A stretch of DNA of 64,000 bases from NCBI GenBank assembly GCA_002295635.1, contig DBHK01000017.1, forward strand, positions 25,396 to 89,395. The letters are read 5' to 3'. Below, in pieces: positions 63,436 to 64,000 of this stretch (its first letter is position 1; every line of letters starts with the position of its first letter). The DNA is from Alphaproteobacteria bacterium UBA830 (GTDB lineage Bacteria > Pseudomonadota > Alphaproteobacteria > MPNO01 > UBA830). Under the pieces are notes generated by a model. It was not told the origin of the DNA. It saw only the letters and a list, made by a program, of their open reading frames with translations, and did not search any database. Made by a program: the position numbers and the translations under genes.

Positions 63436-63990
63436 TCACTCGATACCGAAAAATATTACGGGGGCTGTGTGGTCATAAACACCACCCTTCATCTTTAAAG
63501 AAACCCTTTTTGCAACTTCACCCTCATAGATGGAATGATGTCGACCTTGGATTTCGACAGATCCAGTAAATACGCGAAACATTGATTGATCCTTGTTCCG
63601 AATTTTCATCAGTAACGGTTGATAAGGGTCCGGCGATAGCATGATGTTCAGTTTACTGAACTCACTTTTAAAGGAAGGAAAGTAATCAGTCGTCTTCAGA
63701 GACATTCGGTAAGGGTAGCGTTTTTTGAGTGTGCGGTTGGCGGTCTTCTTTATGTGGATTGCCCAGGGATGCTTTCCATCCAACCTCAGATCATTCCCCG
63801 ACAGGAGAGGTATATTTCCCAAAACTTTAATCTGCATCCCCATCATAGATTTTGAAATTTCAAAATCTTCCACATCGACATAATTTTCAATTATCCGTTC
63901 ATATCTTTTTACTTGAGCGCGGGTACTCGCGTCGTCACCGATCACTTGGATGACTGCTGAAAATGGAACAGTGATTAACTTTCCCGACAT
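63436..63990 (-). CDS. hypothetical protein
   Basis: 184-aa ORF complete within the window; AT-rich; no signal peptide or family recognised. Confidence 0.4.
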   Translation of the reverse strand: MSGKLITVPFSAVIQVIGDDASTRAQVKRYERIIENYVDVEDFEISKSMMGMQIKVLGNIPLLSGNDLRLDGKHPWAIHIKKTANRTLKKRYPYRMSLKTTDYFPSFKSEFSKLNIMLSPDPYQPLLMKIRNKDQSMFRVFTGSVEIQGRHHSIYEGEVAKRVSLKMKGGVYDHTAPVIFFGIE

Positions 63991-64000
63991 ACTTTTTTTT

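Noticed and set aside
1-64000. Search for CRISPR arrays, IS elements, integrases, phage genes, toxin-antitoxin pairs or known defense-system proteins
   Set aside because: No direct repeats with regular spacers, no transposase/integrase/recombinase-like ORFs and no nuclease/ATPase defense hallmarks were seen. The window looks like core chromosome except for the AT-rich final 2.5 kb.

Overview
This window reads as a largely syntenic core chromosomal segment of an alphaproteobacterium, roughly 50% GC and about 88% coding. It carries housekeeping blocks typical of that class: glnE; tyrS with anmK; prfB-mrcA-amiC divergent from rne; the aroQ-accB-accC-aat run followed by DUF2155-MlaD-NDUFA12; clpS-clpA; galU-ugd-pgm; purS-purQ-purL-bolA-grxD; rpsD; and nadE, a class II DAHP synthase, gor and gabD. 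I found no rRNA, tRNA, CRISPR array, transposase or integrase. The most concrete sequence-level observations are these: (i) prfB has an intact programmed +1 frameshift site (AGGAGG..CTT TGA C) that the ORF track missed, so the first 44 codons are absent from the listed ORF; (ii) rne has a leader of about 450 nt; (iii) aroQ has no canonical start codon upstream of its conserved NGPNLN motif; (iv) an 860-bp gene-free gap lies between the GNAT gene and clpA; (v) a VWA-domain protein and a membrane J-domain (DjlA-like) protein form a tightly linked pair; (vi) the last roughly 2.5 kb is a visibly AT-rich block encoding a lipoprotein with PL7/PF14099-like polysaccharide-lyase motifs and small hypothetical proteins. 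No canonical defense or mobile system is evident. I judge the VWA/J-domain pair, the NDUFA12-MlaD-DUF2155 triad and the AT-rich terminal island the most likely places for undescribed biology, but their functions are inference, not demonstrated.
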